64,000 nt of DNA. It comes from Botryllus schlosseri (taxonomy: Eukaryota). Position 1 is the first letter of the stretch; the number at the start of each line of letters is the position of its first letter. Shown piece by piece: positions 14,201 through 26,346 of the stretch. The notes under the pieces are model-generated. The model did not search any database, was not told the origin of the DNA, and saw only the letters and a program-made list of their open reading frames with translations. The stretch spans positions 3,846,001 to 3,910,000 of the forward strand of contig CM119373.1 in the NCBI GenBank assembly GCA_051294905.1. Reading direction: 5' to 3'. The position numbers were made by a program, and so were the translations under genes.

Positions 14201-17200
14201 AGAGGTAAATATTTCGATCCCTTGTTTTCCCTTGATAATACATATTGTGTCAAATTTTCGGAGATCGTTCGTTAGTAATTTCTCTACTCAAGTAGCAGTA
14301 GAAGTGGCGATTTCCAAATAAGTAAAATAGTAATTAGTTTAGGGCCTTCGTCTAAAAAAGACTGAAAACTTGTGAATGAAAGAAGACGTTGCCTAAAATC
14401 ATAACCACGTCGGTAAGTAGCCTAGAAAAAACCTACTTGAAAACGTAGCAGTGTTGGGATGACTCGAGTCATGACTTGACTCGAGTCAGACTCGAGTCAA
14501 CTTTTTCGAATGACTTGACTTGACTCGAGTCACTTTGCAAAAATGACTTGACTTGACTTGACTCGGCGCTTCAAAAATGTGGATTGACTCGTGACTCGGA
14601 GCAAAATTTTCGAGTCAATTTCAAGTCATCAAGTAAACGGTGTCGACTAAATCAATGTATTTTGTGCATGTTCGGATTGTTCACGATATGCCGTTGTAAC
14701 TTGTGAGAGCAACCAGTCATTCACTGATTGTACATATCACTGATCCTACATCACAAATACACTAACCGCAAACAAAATGATCACAGCTTGCATTGTCGTA
14801 GTAGCAGATTAATTTAATAGCAACGTATCGATCTTTATTGGACGGTTCTGTCCTTACATTGCACGGCGCTCACCTTTACCAACTTGTATGATTTAAATCG
14901 AACAAATATATTTTATGCATTTATATCCTCACGGATGTGTATCGATAGATGGCTAGTGTATTGTACGATATCTATTTCTTTCATCTTCTCAAAGCTTCGT
15001 ATTCGATCCTCTATTTTGGCTGATCATAAGAGAATGTAGCATGTAGCTCTGAGTTGTCAAACTCAACTGACGTCGCGGGTTGAATTCAAATATTCAGATC
15101 ACTCGTGGGCCGCACAGTGATGAGCGGAGTCTGCTTTTCGAGACTCCGAGTCCCTCCGGCAACTTTCGTCTCTGATGCAAAGTCCCTCCGACTCCGGGGA
15201 TCTCAATCCCAGACTCCGAGATAACCCGAAGAATCTTGTTCAGTCTTCGAAATATATCCAGACCATTGTCGAAGAATCCCAATCGATGTTTTCGATAGCC
15301 TGTCTGATATTCATACCAGTTATTTTAGTTTTTTTAATTGCCGAACAGTCGCAACATTAATTCTGAGAGTCAAGTTCTCTCCAACAAAATGGACAGTCAA
15401 GCAAATAGAAATGCGACCCTTTAGATCGGTCCACATCACATATCTGAGTTGATGCCAGCCAGCTCATAACACTTGATAGCAACTCTTAGTTCCTCTGGCA
15501 GCTTCTGCTTCAAAGATGAAGCCTCCTCATCCAACTTACGTTTCACCGTAAATCTGGATGGCAAAACATCTTCTGCACAACACCACGGCAAACCGGCACT
15601 TCTTCGGTATTTTCCACCCGGCGATCAGTGTTCCCCATGATCACCTTCTCCTTCGATTACTCGCTTACTTGCATTTCAACTGCGATCAATTCTTCTTACA
15701 AGCTTCGATATGTCTTCGAAGATGCGACGTACCACGTGTCAACTTGTGATGCTTTAGCTCAGGGCTGGCCAACCTTTTCAGCCGAAGGGCCACATTCGAA
15801 CGACGAAATATTGCGCGGGCCACTAGCCGCGCGAAGCGCGAAAATTTTTCTAAGTTCATAGCTCAATAATATTGTCACTTGACTAAATTGCGGGCCTGCA
15901 GTATATCGCTGGGCTAAGTTTGCCAGTATTGGACTATTCAGCGCCTGGACAAATCAATTTCGAAAGCTTCGACCAACATGCGTCAATCATTTTGTGCCTA
16001 GGTTTCATAGTCGACGGTCTTTCTGCGAGCGCAAACGCTAGGTCGCATATGTTGAACGACACTTTGTCTCGTAATCGAGAACATAGTTAGACTCAATTTG
16101 ATACATTAGACGTTCTTTCATTTTCACAAAGGGGTAACAATATTAAAAGCAAGAAATCGGATGACTACATGTTGCGCGAAGCGTGTAGAAAATATTTACT
16201 TTTGATAAATTTATCGCAAATTATTCTGCTTTGTAGTGTACGAAGATCTACCAATATCTGACTGGCTCATGGAAATGCCAATGCGTCGTAACTGATATTT
16301 TAGTCATCACATTTCAAGTGTTGCGGCGAAACTAATCAAATTTTTGGTTGGCCTTGCAAGTTCACAATCTGTGCAATTCATTTTTTTATAACATTACCAA
16401 GTTCGGAAATTACCTCGCGGGCCACTCAAAACCTCCTCGCGGGCCACATGTGGCCCGCGGGCCACGGGTTGGCCGGCCCTGCTTTAGCTGAACATTGCAA
16501 TTTTGACATCTTGCAAACCCAGTATACTGGCCGTTATTATCATGCAGCATCAGAGTGAAATCCTTCCACACGTCACTCTTTCTCTGCGTCTTTGTGAGTA
16601 ACCCACTTGAAGTCGACGGTGCTTCAGCCATTATATTAAAACGACGAAGGAAGACCAGTCAGTTCGAACTAACTACCACTAACACCACTGAAATCGACGA
16701 TCACATCACAGGTTTCAGTATATGAATTTTCGCATCGCCATGAACCAGTTGATGGAACTGCACTGCACTAAACATACATGATGCATCACTGACGCACCGA
16801 TCGACGACGCTCCTTGGAGTTGACTAAATGACTAGTGACTTCCAATTTTGAAGCTGATACATGATATCTGGAATTTGGAGTCTGAGACAGACCAGCAGCA
16901 GAAACTTGATTGCGGTGCTGATTTTTCTTATCACATCAAAGTCATTTTTCAATCAAACCAAACATTACATGACGAAAATTCAGAAGAGTTCTGGATGACT
17001 GACTACGTCAATCAATATTGAAGGAAGCGTAGTTGAGTTGATGCGAGCAGAGCAAAGCAGACGGGTGTAGTTATTTAGTGTGGCTGTTCAGAATTTCGGA
17101 ATATTCTGTCATTACAGGGTAAGATCAGCTTACCTTAGTGATTCATGTATTGTTGAAATCTTAGATGCTGGTATGCCTCTGTGAGCGGATCTTACTAGCG

Positions 17201-20200
17201 AAAATTCGTCGCAATGTCATTAAATCATGTAACACATTGCATAAGTTATTATTGTTTCCATCCAGATACTTGCTTGTTGTATATTATTGTTTCCATCCAG
17301 ATACTTGCTTGTTGTATGTATATTTCTCACAGATATAAAGGTAATATTGATGCAACACTTATTATCGATATCTCTTACTGCAAATTGCAAGTACGATGAA
17401 AGTTGCGAAAAGTTATCACAAAAGTGGTATCGGATAAATTATCTTGTTTCAACTGATACCAACGTTGGGAATACATTTTCACAAAATGGACCTGTTACTA
17501 TGTTGAATGTCATCAGGATAATGGGATATATTCCGTTATGATCATGAACTTGCTGGAAGAATCAGGGTAGCTAAAGGCTGTACCATAGGGAAGCCCCGCT
17601 GTATGTTGCTGATTGTAAATGTTTCGCACAATTACTGGGGTAGCATGAAAATTAGTCACGAAACAAATACGCAAGGAGGAATGTGATGTGACTATACGCA
17701 AGGAGGAATGTGATGTGACTATAGAAGACCGCAATGTCAGCAACGTGGAAGATTCTGGAGATCTTATCTCATAATATGGTGACATTCAGCAGTGGATTCA
17801 AAGACTGCATCTCAAGGCAGGGAGCAAATGATGCACTGCGAATGATATTGGGTGCCTTCAAGTTTGTGAACTACAGACACTGCTCAACGGAAATGCCTTG
17901 CTAGATCACTAGGTTACTCTCCATTGCAGTGCAGATGGCTGATTTTTGTGCACTTGGCAATCATATTACCGGTCATATTACAACTTTACAAGGTGTCAAC
18001 TGTCTGTGTTTGTAATCAATAGTGTCTTCTGGTCAAAGCTATCGAAAGATATCGGGGGCAAAACTTAACAATGCTCCGGAAAACTCCGGAAAAATATCTG
18101 TTGTAAACTCCGACTCCACTCCGGGTATCACAAAATTGGCAAAACTCCGCTCCTAATCCACTCCGACTCCGCTCCGGTGCTCATCACTGGGGCCGCACCA
18201 GTCAAATGATTGCAAAATGTTACTAACTCGTAACTCCATATATGCACTTTTTCGCATTCTCGGAATTGGGTGTCAATGTCAGCGATTTTCTCCTGACGAT
18301 GACTACAATCACAACTCCGCTGTCGGGTGGTTATAATGTGGCCTATGAACATACTCAAAATTTGCTATCTTGAAGGAATATTTATTAGTGATATTTCTTA
18401 CTACAAATTCGAGAAATGTGTTGGATAAAATCACGCAATTACAACAGATAGGCCTACTCAGAATTTCTTCGCGGGCCGAATGAAATCATTTTGTGGGTCG
18501 TATGTTTGACACCCCTGATGTAGCTATTCAGTTACTGACGTATTTTATTAGCAGTTCGACGTGTGCGTGAGCGATATAACGCATTTGTACATGTACTTTA
18601 ACTTTATATTCGTTATTTGATTCAAGATAAATGACCAATTGATCTCTTCAACATAGCTAGTAAAATATAATGAATTTGAATGATCACTCTTATTCGAAAT
18701 TTCAATTTGACTTGAATTGTGACTTGACTCGTGACTTGACTTGACTTGACTTGACTTGACTCGAGTCACCTCCAAAAAACGAGTGACTTGACTTGACTCG
18801 AGTCACCTTTGAAAATCGATTGACTTGACTTGACTCGAGTCAAAATGTGCAATGACTCGAGATGACTCGTGACTCGAAGGTAGTGACTTGATCCCAACAC
18901 TGAAACGTAGAAGTGGTTAATTACGAACCACCTTTGGATGTAACAGTCACGCTATCTAGAATTTCAAAGTTTGTTGCTAAATATCTTTTCCCGATACATT
19001 TTACACCCGTATGTGACTTAATTATTATCATCCAGCTTGGAAACTAATTATATGCCATTCAGCTATAGCAGGGGTGGGCAATTATTTTTCTCCGCGGGCC
19101 AAACGAGAAACCGAAAATATGTTGGCGGGCCGAGTCATAAATTTTAGCTGTATTCTCCAATGTATTGATTTTATTTCAAAATTGAAAGTAGTGAATTACA
19201 CTAAATGGTGCTCAGTGGATGTTTTTATATTGGGAAATGAGGAAGTGACGGTTAATTACCAATAAAATATTTATTCGCCGTCATATTTCGAAACAATGTT
19301 AATCAGGATACGTGTTGAACTCTCTTTAATCCCCTATCCACGTTTTTCTGCCAATACATTAAAATGTATGTGGAATGGTCGAACAGCACTTCGTCAGTCC
19401 CCCTTCAAAAAAACGTTGGCTTTGGGCCCCTGTCTAGTTATAAACCAAAGTTGCCCCAGACCAAACCCCCATCGGGATGCACATTTTTAACACTACTTTT
19501 GAGTGATTTTTTTTGTATCGCCTAATCATCATAAATTAAAAGATCCACACGATTCCAAATTGGTATTTCTTTACTGCCAAATATTGCCTATGGACAATTG
19601 GACATCGTGGTTTTCGGTCAACATAAGGGCGGTCCTTTTTTTGCAAAACTTCATATATCATGGTGCGTCGTGGTCCGGTAGTCGCTGACGCCGAAATGCC
19701 CAAAATCTGTAGGGCCTAAATACATTCTGTGGACCCAGTTCTACCCTTACAAATCAAGGAAAGGCTGGTAATGTGTGCTCGCTTTCAGCGAAGCGTCTAT
19801 AGAAATAATCAACAGCGCCACGCATCTCTGGAGCCCTACGCAACAAGCGGGCTAAGGCAATCGATATCATAATAATCTGACATATCCAATGTAAACTAAT
19901 TAGACGTAGCCTACATATCTCTATCAGCTGAAGGATATTGCGCGAAAATTGGTAGGGACCAAATACATTCTGTGGACCCAGTTCTACCCTTACAAGTCAA
20001 GGAAAGGCTGGTGTGTGTTCGCTTTTAGCGAAGCGCCTATAGAAATTATCAACAGCGCCACGAATCTCTGGAGCCCTACGGAACAAGCGGGCTAAGGCAA
20101 TCGATAACATAATAATCTGACATATCCAATGTAGACTACTTAGACGTAGCCTACATATCTCTATCAGCTGAAGGATATTGCGCGGAAATTGGTAGGGACC

Positions 20201-23200
20201 AAATACATTCTGTGGACCCAGTTTAACCTTACAAATCAAGGAAAGGCTGGTAATGTGTGCTCGCTTTTAGCGAAGCGCCTATAGAAATAATCAACAGCGA
20301 CACGCATCTCTGGAGCCCTACGCAACAAGCGGGCTAAGGCAATCGATATCATAATAATCTGACATATCCAATGTAAACTGCTTAGACGTAGCCTACATAT
20401 CTCTATCAGCTGAAGGATATTGCGCGAAAATTGGTAGGGACCAAATACATTCTGTGGACCAAGTCCTACTCTTACCGATCAAATAAAAGCTTGTAATGTA
20501 TGCTCATGCTCAATGCTCATTGCTCACACTTAACCATAAAAGCGACTATAGAAAGTATCGACACCCGCCGCCATCAACAGCGCGACTTGTCTCTGGAGGC
20601 CTACACAGCAAGCGGGCTAAGGCAATCGATAACATCATAATCTGACATATCCAATGTAGACTACTTAGACGTAGCCTAAATATCTCTATCAGCTGAAGGA
20701 TATTGCGCGAAAATTGGTAGGGACCAAATACATTTTGTGGACCCAGTTCTACCCTCACAAGTCAAGGAAAGGTTGGTGTGTGCTCGCTTGTACCGAAGCG
20801 CATAGAAAAAGTATCAACAGCGCAGCGTTTCTCTGTGGCGCGGTTGCACATTGTTATTGCCGCGACGTCAGCTGATCCCACTCTCGCCGCTCGGCCACAT
20901 CCTTGCTCTTGAGCTACTCTCGTATCGCCAGACAGCATTGTTGCGTCACACTGCCAATCTACTCAACAATGAATAATTTGAGGCTGATTGTGGGGGTTCC
21001 AGGGCCATGAGTGGAATAAAATTTATATTTTCGCAAGCAGTACAGCGTCAGCTTTCGATTGATACCCGATTCATCAAATTTAATGCTCGGCAAGCCGGTC
21101 AAAAATCACCGTCAATTTGCCTTGGATTAAATGTAAAGTATGACGTGATACAATTTCATTGAACCGTGAGATTTGCTTCCGTGGCCCTGGAACTCCCACA
21201 ATCAGCCTCGAATTTTTCATTGTTATTGAGATTGGCATTGGGACGCAACAATGCTGAACAATGCTGTCTGGTTCCTTTTTTCTTGAGCTACTCTCTCGTT
21301 TCGCCAGACAGCATTGTTACGTCCCAATGCCAATCTCCATAACAATGAAAAATTCGAGGCTGATTGTGGGAGTTCCAGGGCCACGAGCGGAATAAAATTT
21401 ATATTTTCGTAATCAGTGCAGAGTCAGCTTTCGATAGATACCCGTTTTAATGCTAGGCAAGCCGGTCAAAAATTACCGTCAAATTGCCTGTAGCCAAATG
21501 GAAGTTGTGACGTGATACAATTTCACTGAGGCGTGCGATTTGCCTGTGTCGACACCATATAGGACACTATGATGAAATACAGGCAAACCGCGAGCGCAGC
21601 TAGTGGCCAATTTTTAGATTCACTAAAAATTCCTTCTGCTGACACAAGCGCGTTCGGTGGATTTTAATATAAGTTTTTTCAGTGCAGACAGATGGAAATT
21701 AGTGCGGCCTCTACCTAATATAGAAAATCTTTCATCGCGATAGTTTTTAGCGCAAGTTGCATACTCAGCCAAATGGTTGCCGATGGCAGAGTTCATGCCC
21801 ATGGCCTGATTACGTTCTAGTAATCGCAGATCAGTTACGGCTGCGTCTTCGCGAGAGTCCAATGTGCGTGATCTAATAACGCTCGGAACATGTTGTTTGA
21901 TGCGTTCCTGCAAGCGATGAGTTGTTCTTCCCACGTACCGACAATCACAGTGGCACTTGAAATCATAGACTATATTGCTTTGTTGAGAAGCAGGAAGAAC
22001 ATCTTTGCGCGTTGCAGGAAGCAATTGTTTGGTGGTAAACACAACATTAGTTTTTACGTTATCGTAACAGCGATTGCAATGCAGGGCTGCCGTATTTTCG
22101 TGGCTCCAACTATGGACAGTATGCAGCGCCTGCTAGCAGGGTTTGAAAATAGGTAGTGTAGCGGTCCCTGCAACGACTTGTTGCAAGACACGCTGGTATA
22201 GTGCTTGAGTGGAGTGGAGTGGAGTCGACGCTACAGCTACAGTTCCCGTTATACGCACTAGTCCACTGACTAATGACCGCTCTGAGTATACTCTTGCAAT
22301 CCTGATCACACACGCAGATCAAAGGAGCTTTCTTTAATAGCACAGAACAGCCAAATAGTAGAAATTAGTGGTCAGAAACTTGTAGATTTACCAGGTTCAA
22401 ATGATACTGCGGTTCAATAGGAAATAGAAAGAATAAATGATGCGAAATGGAGCCAATTGTCTATCTTACGACTGAAGCGTGAGCGCGCCGACCTCAATAT
22501 GCGGGCTCTGAGACCACGTGCGTCGCAGACTGCCTGTGCCGTCACGCTTGTGGCTTCGAGAGTGACCTACTTACGCTTTCGCGTACAACGGAATTGGGAC
22601 AGCCATTTACAGGTAGGGATATCTTGTCTGTCAATATGGCGTCACAAGACCAACGCTTTGCCTATAGATGGCATGGGAGTGTATTTTGGGACATTGCGTT
22701 TGTGCGTTGCAGCCAAATTTACCAACTTGAAAGAGTCAAGTTACAACCTCCCTACCGAGCCAGAAATCTCCATCACGATCCCCGAATCCGTTCACATAAT
22801 CATCCCAACCACGATTAAAACTCACGTTTCCGTATTTTCTGCGCTGGAAAACCTGAAACGAAATTCAGCAAGTACAATAAAAGTCGCAGAAATCTCACGA
22901 ATTGTCTTGTTTCTTCGAGGTTATGGTTCGGAATTTTGTGTCGCTTTGACCCGCGATTTAAACTTCCGTTCGTCATAAACCTAGGTTCATATCTGAAAGA
23001 TTAAAAATTCTACTCACAGTCCATTTCTCGAGTGCAGCACGTCGTTTTTGTTTGTGAAACTTCATCTCTGAGTAGCGCAGGAGGTGAGGTGAGGGGAGAT
23101 CTTGATCATCACCACCATCCAACCACCACCAAATTCCTTTACGGTCTGTTTTATTAAAGTTTCCATTCAGATTGCTGGCGCTGCAGTTGCCATACCACCA

Positions 23201-26200
23201 GCCTCCTTCGGCCCACTTAGAAGAGCAATTATCTGACGACCAATCGTCGTGATCCGCGTCATTCGTCGAGAATTGTCGATTGTTATGATATATGAGAGCA
23301 TTGTAGGTTGCATTCCCGGAGTATCCGGACACGTGCAGCGTGTAGTTCTCGGATCCGGATCCAATGGTGAAGTTGCTGGAAATGAGAAATGAAGTTAGTT
23401 TATACAGCTCAGTGGTTCGGAGTCTTATCGAACCAGTCGTGCACGACAAGTATTTTGTTGACTTGCTCACTCAAGCACCTTGCACTTGCACTTTGCACTT
23501 TCCGAGAGAACTACTGACTTTTCGCGTTTTGCGCTCTGACTCGATGTGAGGTGGAAAGCGGTTATGAATGACACACTCTGGTCTGTCATGAGTCATGATT
23601 GGGGCGACTATTTGGTGATGTAAACAATGAGGAATCTTGACCCAAAAATTTTGACCGGGAAAAAATTATCTTGGCAAAATTTGTAAACAATTTGTGGCTA
23701 ACGCTCTAATTTTGACTTATTTTCGACAATTAAAAACAATTACCACCATAGTCATGACGCGAGATCAATTATTTGATGCATTCGACTGGAATACAGCTCA
23801 CACTCACCTGTATCTAGCCCACAAATGTTCTATTTTATATTTCGAGATCATGTTGATTTCCAACGACATGTCTCCTCTCTTTGTCGCTTGATGCAATGCC
23901 TCGAGTCCTGGACACAAAACGTTGTGAAATGATAAATCGCGTTTGTTTTCAATCAATTACGTTCCAACGCAAATGCCAAAGAACGCTACACGAAGTAAAA
24001 TATTTTAGTCATCACAGAATCATGGTTGTAATGATTCGAGTCGCGCTTTTTTGTTGACTCGACTTGACTCAAGTAATTTTCGTAATTACGGAAAGTGAAT
24101 CGACTCGGCTTGATTAGATTTGTGCGACTTCTAGTCGAGTCAGTGCGCATGGCACGGCCAAGATAGGCATTTCATTGTAGCTTAGATGAATAGAAAGTTA
24201 CCAAAGTATTGGTATTATGTCTGTGTGGTACTTGAAAAAAGGGCTGCAAATTTTGAGATTCAGGAAAATCACTATTAGGACCATCACCAAAGTAATTCAG
24301 GTATTATTTGGTTTAAAATCCTTGAGCACTTTTTGTCAAGAATGTTATAGTATGGTGTCAGAATCTATTCGCCAGTCGAACTATAGTAAAATTGAGTGAG
24401 TTCTAAATTAAATATTTAATTCGATGAAAATATTGACCAAACATATTGACGTAATATATATATATATATATATATATTTAAACAAATGAGATATTATCAA
24501 TTTGATGGCAGCCTAAAATAACCCTGGTTGTATTCATATACAGACGACTCATCTTTTTATTCAACTGACAAAGTCGCTCATATTCCGTAAGGCTTAATGA
24601 AAATCAGCTATTAATTTGATCATAACGCATACACGCAAGAAACATTAACAAGATGTTACAAGGTGGTCATCTCGATTAACACATCTGTACATCATGCGTA
24701 TTTCTATTTCGACCTATTTTTTATTTTTATTTATGAAGAAGCAGACCCTCCGCAGCCATTACTTTTCCACGCAAAAATTCCATAAAACGCTACACGAACT
24801 AGGATATTTTTGTTATTACAAAATCAAGTAATTTATTACCAAGATAATGACCGAGTTACGATAACGGAAAAAATCCTACAACTTGAAGGAAACAAATTAC
24901 AACAACCCCACCGAGCCAGAAATCTCCATCACAATCTCCGAATCCATTCACGTAATCATCCCAACCTCGGAAAAAACTCACGTTTCCGTATTTTCTGCGC
25001 TGGAAAACCTGAAACGGAATTCAGCAACAAGCAATCATTGTTGCAGAAATCTCACGAATATCCGTTCGATGTTTTGGTCCAAAATTTTGTTCAATCTGAC
25101 TTCAACTTTTGTTCATCATAAATTCCACTCACCTTCCATTTCTCGTGTGCAGCACGTCTTTTGTAAATCTTCATCTCCGAGCAGCACATGGCGTCATCCC
25201 ACCCCCACCACCAGATTCCCTTCGAGTCCGTTTTGTTGAAGTTTCCATTCAGGTTGCTGTAAGTGCCTCTGTCGTGATACCACCAGCCTCCTTCGAATTC
25301 AGAAGCGCAATTCCAGTACGACCAAGCATCGTGGTCCGCGTCGTACGTTGAGAACTGTTGATTGTTGTGCATTGACAAAGCATCCCAGGTTGCATTCCCG
25401 GAGTATCCGGATACGTGCAGAGTGTAGTTCTCGGGTCCGGATCCGACACTGAACCGCCTGGAAATATCAAAAGCAATTCTCATTAGCCTACATCATTCTT
25501 TCCATTCGGCCAAAGGCTATTTACGCCGCTAATCTATAAATTTTCCCTCGAAATTTGCATCGTAGTTGAGTTTGGTGATGACGCAGCAATGGCCGATTGC
25601 AGCCGACTGATTTTCAAGCTCACCTGTATCCCGCCCACCGATGATCCTTTTCATCTTTCGACATCATGTTGATTTCCAACGACATGTCATCTGCCTTTGT
25701 CAATTGATGCAATGTCTCGAGCCCTGGAAACAAACGTTGCGAGATAAGGGGAAAAAGTTATTACATAATAATTACTCAGAGCCAGACAATGACCAACAAA
25801 ACGTTGTGAAATGATAAAACGCGTGACGCGAAATCAAGTTATTTATGACCAAATTACCGTATCGACAAAATTCTACGACTCAAAGCCATCAACATCTTTC
25901 TCACCGAGCCAGAAATCTCCTTTGTGATCCCCGAATCCATTCACGTAATCATCCCAACCTCGGAAGAAACTCACGTTTCCGTATTTTCTGCGCTGGAAAA
26001 CCTGAAACGGAAATCAGCAACAAACAATCAAAGTTGCAGAAATCTCACGAATGGTTTTTTGTTTACGAGTCCGCCAGTCTACGGTCATGGTTCATAATTT
26101 TGAGTCGCTTCGACGGGTTTTCAACTGTTGTAGCCTACGTCTTAAACCAATGATCTGAAAGATCCCAATTCTACTCACAGTCGACTTCTCGCTAGCAACA

Positions 26201-26274
26201 CATGGAGTCTTCTCATCTTGTGCTCTGATTTGAAGCGGGTAACTCACGATTCCAAATATCAAAATAAGCCACAT
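8277..26274 (-). CDS. Secreted protein with three tandem fibrinogen C-terminal (FReD) domains; 10 coding exons, about 553 aa
   Basis: GT-AG exons that join in frame: 26274-26179 (MWLILIFGIVSYPLQIRAQ..., signal-peptide-like), 26001-25905, 25723-25624, 25457-25133, 25008-24912, 23907-23808, 23375-23018, 22852-22756, 8866-8767, 8568-8277 (TGA). Total 1662 nt. Each repeat carries FReD motifs VFQRR..G.VSF.RGWDDYVNGFG...GDFWLGLE.LH, Y.L..SGYSG, FST.D, GGWW, GIWW and EMK. Confidence 0.85.
9772..11386. mobile_element. PIF/Harbinger-like insertion
   Basis: Absent from the sister copy (empty site GTC-AAT-TTC). Ends AGGCCCATTTACATG / CATGTAACCAGGCCT; 3-bp TSD AAT. Minus-strand WSYSETFLILEI resembles a Myb/SANT-like start. 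Confidence 0.65.
11818..12146. mobile_element. Small hAT MITE embedded in the GACTT element (also 15049-18517 in copy 2)
   Basis: Ends CAGAGTTGTCAAAC / GTTTGAC..CCCTTG; TSD (G/A)TGTAGCT in both copies. Confidence 0.7.
15115..18189 (-). mobile_element. Defective hAT (Hermes/hobo-like) transposon with BED-finger transposase relic
   Basis: TIR CAGTGATGAGC / GCTCATCACTG; TSD GGGCCGCA. Minus strand from 16631 reads KSDVWKDF...ARCQNC..QLK | HHKLTRGTSHLRRHIEAC, then VLPSRFTVKR and DMWTD...LTVHFV, with stops and frameshifts. Confidence 0.88.
15760..16481. mobile_element. hAT MITE interrupting the BED finger
   Basis: TIR CAGGGCTGGCCAACC / GGTTGGCCGGCCCTG; perfect TSD CTTTAGCT. Confidence 0.9.
19705..20790. 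repeat. ~240-bp tandem repeat (about 4.5 units); about 2 inverted units at 12545-13085
   Basis: AAATACATTCTGTGGACCCAGTT recurs near 19718, 19961, 20201, 20443 and 20726. Confidence 0.9.
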
Positions 26275-26339
26275 CTTCAAATTTGAACTTGAAATTCAGC
26301 GAGATGTGCAAAAGCAACTTGATTTCAAATACATCAGCC

Positions 26340-26346
26340 TTATATA
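26340..26346 (-). promoter_or_regulatory. Candidate TATA box of the triple-FReD gene
   Basis: TATATAA on the minus strand about 65 bp upstream of the ATG at 26274. Supported by position only. Confidence 0.4.

Larger units (their letters stand above)
14449..18902 (+). mobile_element. hAT-type element with (GACTT)n arrays, copy 2
   Basis: Same TIRs as copy 1; perfect TSD AAACGTAG (14441-48, 18903-10). Confidence 0.9.
9172..21571. mobile_element. Long-TIR non-autonomous DNA transposon (P-element-like ends), swollen by nested insertions
   Basis: Ends CATAGTGTCCTATATGGTGTCGACAC / GTGTCGACACCATATAGGACACTATG; 7-bp TSD ATGAAAT (9165-71, 21572-78). 9200-9600 is the reverse complement of 20775-21177. 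Superfamily call rests on termini and TSD length only. Confidence 0.75.
8972..22140 (-). mobile_element. Penelope-like retroelement relic (GIY-YIG end at 21623-22100, terminal repeat at 8972-9170), split by a 12.4-kb insertion
   Basis: SNIVYDFKCHCDCRYVGRTTHRLQERIKQH...SAIGNHL...FSIL is a GIY-YIG endonuclease. Removing 9172-21571 plus one TSD places it next to the terminal repeat and hammerhead motif on the same strand. Confidence 0.7.

Noticed and set aside
22457..26153. Plus-strand ORFs overlapping the FReD exons
   Set aside because: They are antisense shadows of the duplicated coding exons.
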